Positions 63,285-64,000 of a DNA stretch of 64,000 nt are shown in pieces (position 1 is the first letter of the stretch; every line of letters starts with the position of its first letter). Below the pieces are notes generated by a model. It was not told the origin of the DNA. It saw nothing but the letters and a program-made list of their open reading frames with translations, and made no database searches. Source of the DNA: Orbicella franksi (lineage: Eukaryota); contig OZ116699.1 in assembly GCA_964199315.1 (NCBI GenBank), positions 28,458,001-28,522,000 on the forward strand. Direction: 5' to 3'. The translations under genes and the position numbers were made by a program.

Positions 63285-63432
63285 GTGACTGATCATTCTG
63301 TTTGTTTATCAATAGTGGCGCCTTTTTGCAAGGATATTAACTAGGCAAACGCAAATAAATTCCCATTGCTGCTACAATAATCGTTTTCCCAGGCGTTCGA
63401 TAAGAGGCTATGATTTGTGTAGTTATTATGAG

Positions 63433-63686
63433 TTAGTATATACCACACAAGTGAATAGTGCTTTTCACGCGCTCTGATTGGTTAACTCGGGGGTGATGAG
63501 CAGGTACTATTTACCTCCGAGCGGCTGGAGCGAGAGATTTTAAAATTTCTGACCGCTTGTCGCACATAAAATAACGTTTTGGTCCGCTCATTATACAGCT
63601 TGTGTGGTATATACTAAAACAATTATTCACCTCAGTGTCGGTGAAAGTAATGGATATTTTCCTCCACTTCGGTGAATAATTATTAA
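63433..63686 (+). mobile_element. HINE/Helentron-like element, family 1, short copy
   Basis: Same subterminal inverted repeat (63434-63451 / 63599-63616) and a complete 3' hairpin AACAATTATTCACC...GGTGAATAATTATT. Confidence 0.65.
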
Positions 63687-64000
63687 TTATCAGACTCACT
63701 GGCCACATAGGCTTTTTTTAGTTTTTAGTTATTTCCTAGGCGAGAAAATTCTAATTATTAATCATATATTGCAAATATTGTCTGGTACTGATAGGCACAG
63801 CAGGGAGTTGATAATTAAAAAGATATATTCTTGATTTACGAGCAATTTCTTAGAGCTTAATTACAAGAAAAATGTTGGGCAACAAGTAATGATGTCTGAT
63901 AACGATCAATAAAGGAGAGGGAGAAAAGATGGCGACAGGTGCATTTACCCATAATTCGTAGCGCACGAAAACCTTAACAACGCTCATAAACCCGTCCAGA

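Overview
AT-rich animal genomic DNA with GT-AG introns and one 172-nt N gap. The repeat content suggests an anthozoan, probably a stony coral (inference). The left three quarters hold a head-to-tail minus-strand array of four SLC6/NSS (Na+/Cl- neurotransmitter:sodium symporter) paralogs. Three are complete, and I reconstructed them by hand as 14-coding-exon genes with identical intron positions and phases and no in-frame stops (D 48419-38455, C 28337-16955, B 12908-~4057). The fourth (A) has only its first coding exon in the window. Upstream on the same strand is a class A GPCR with an intronless CDS, carrying the aminergic D3.32/Y7.43 pair but lacking C3.25. Introns and spacers are dense with mobile DNA: a young 5'-truncated L2-type LINE, an RTE 3' fragment, several MITE families, Helentron-associated (HINE)-like elements and tRNA-like SINE modules. 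The most unusual object is a 1755-bp foldback element at 61530-63284. It has a perfect 9-bp target-site duplication and long inverted arms built partly of tandem repeats, and its spacer carries the start codon and Gly-rich loop of a protein kinase, i.e. a Pack-MULE-like cargo element in an animal. All three complete transporters also share a second Cx8C motif in EL2 and an NGGA(S/T)F variant of the canonical NGGGAF motif, but differ at key substrate-pocket positions. Most short ORFs in the supplied track are exon read-throughs or repeat artefacts.
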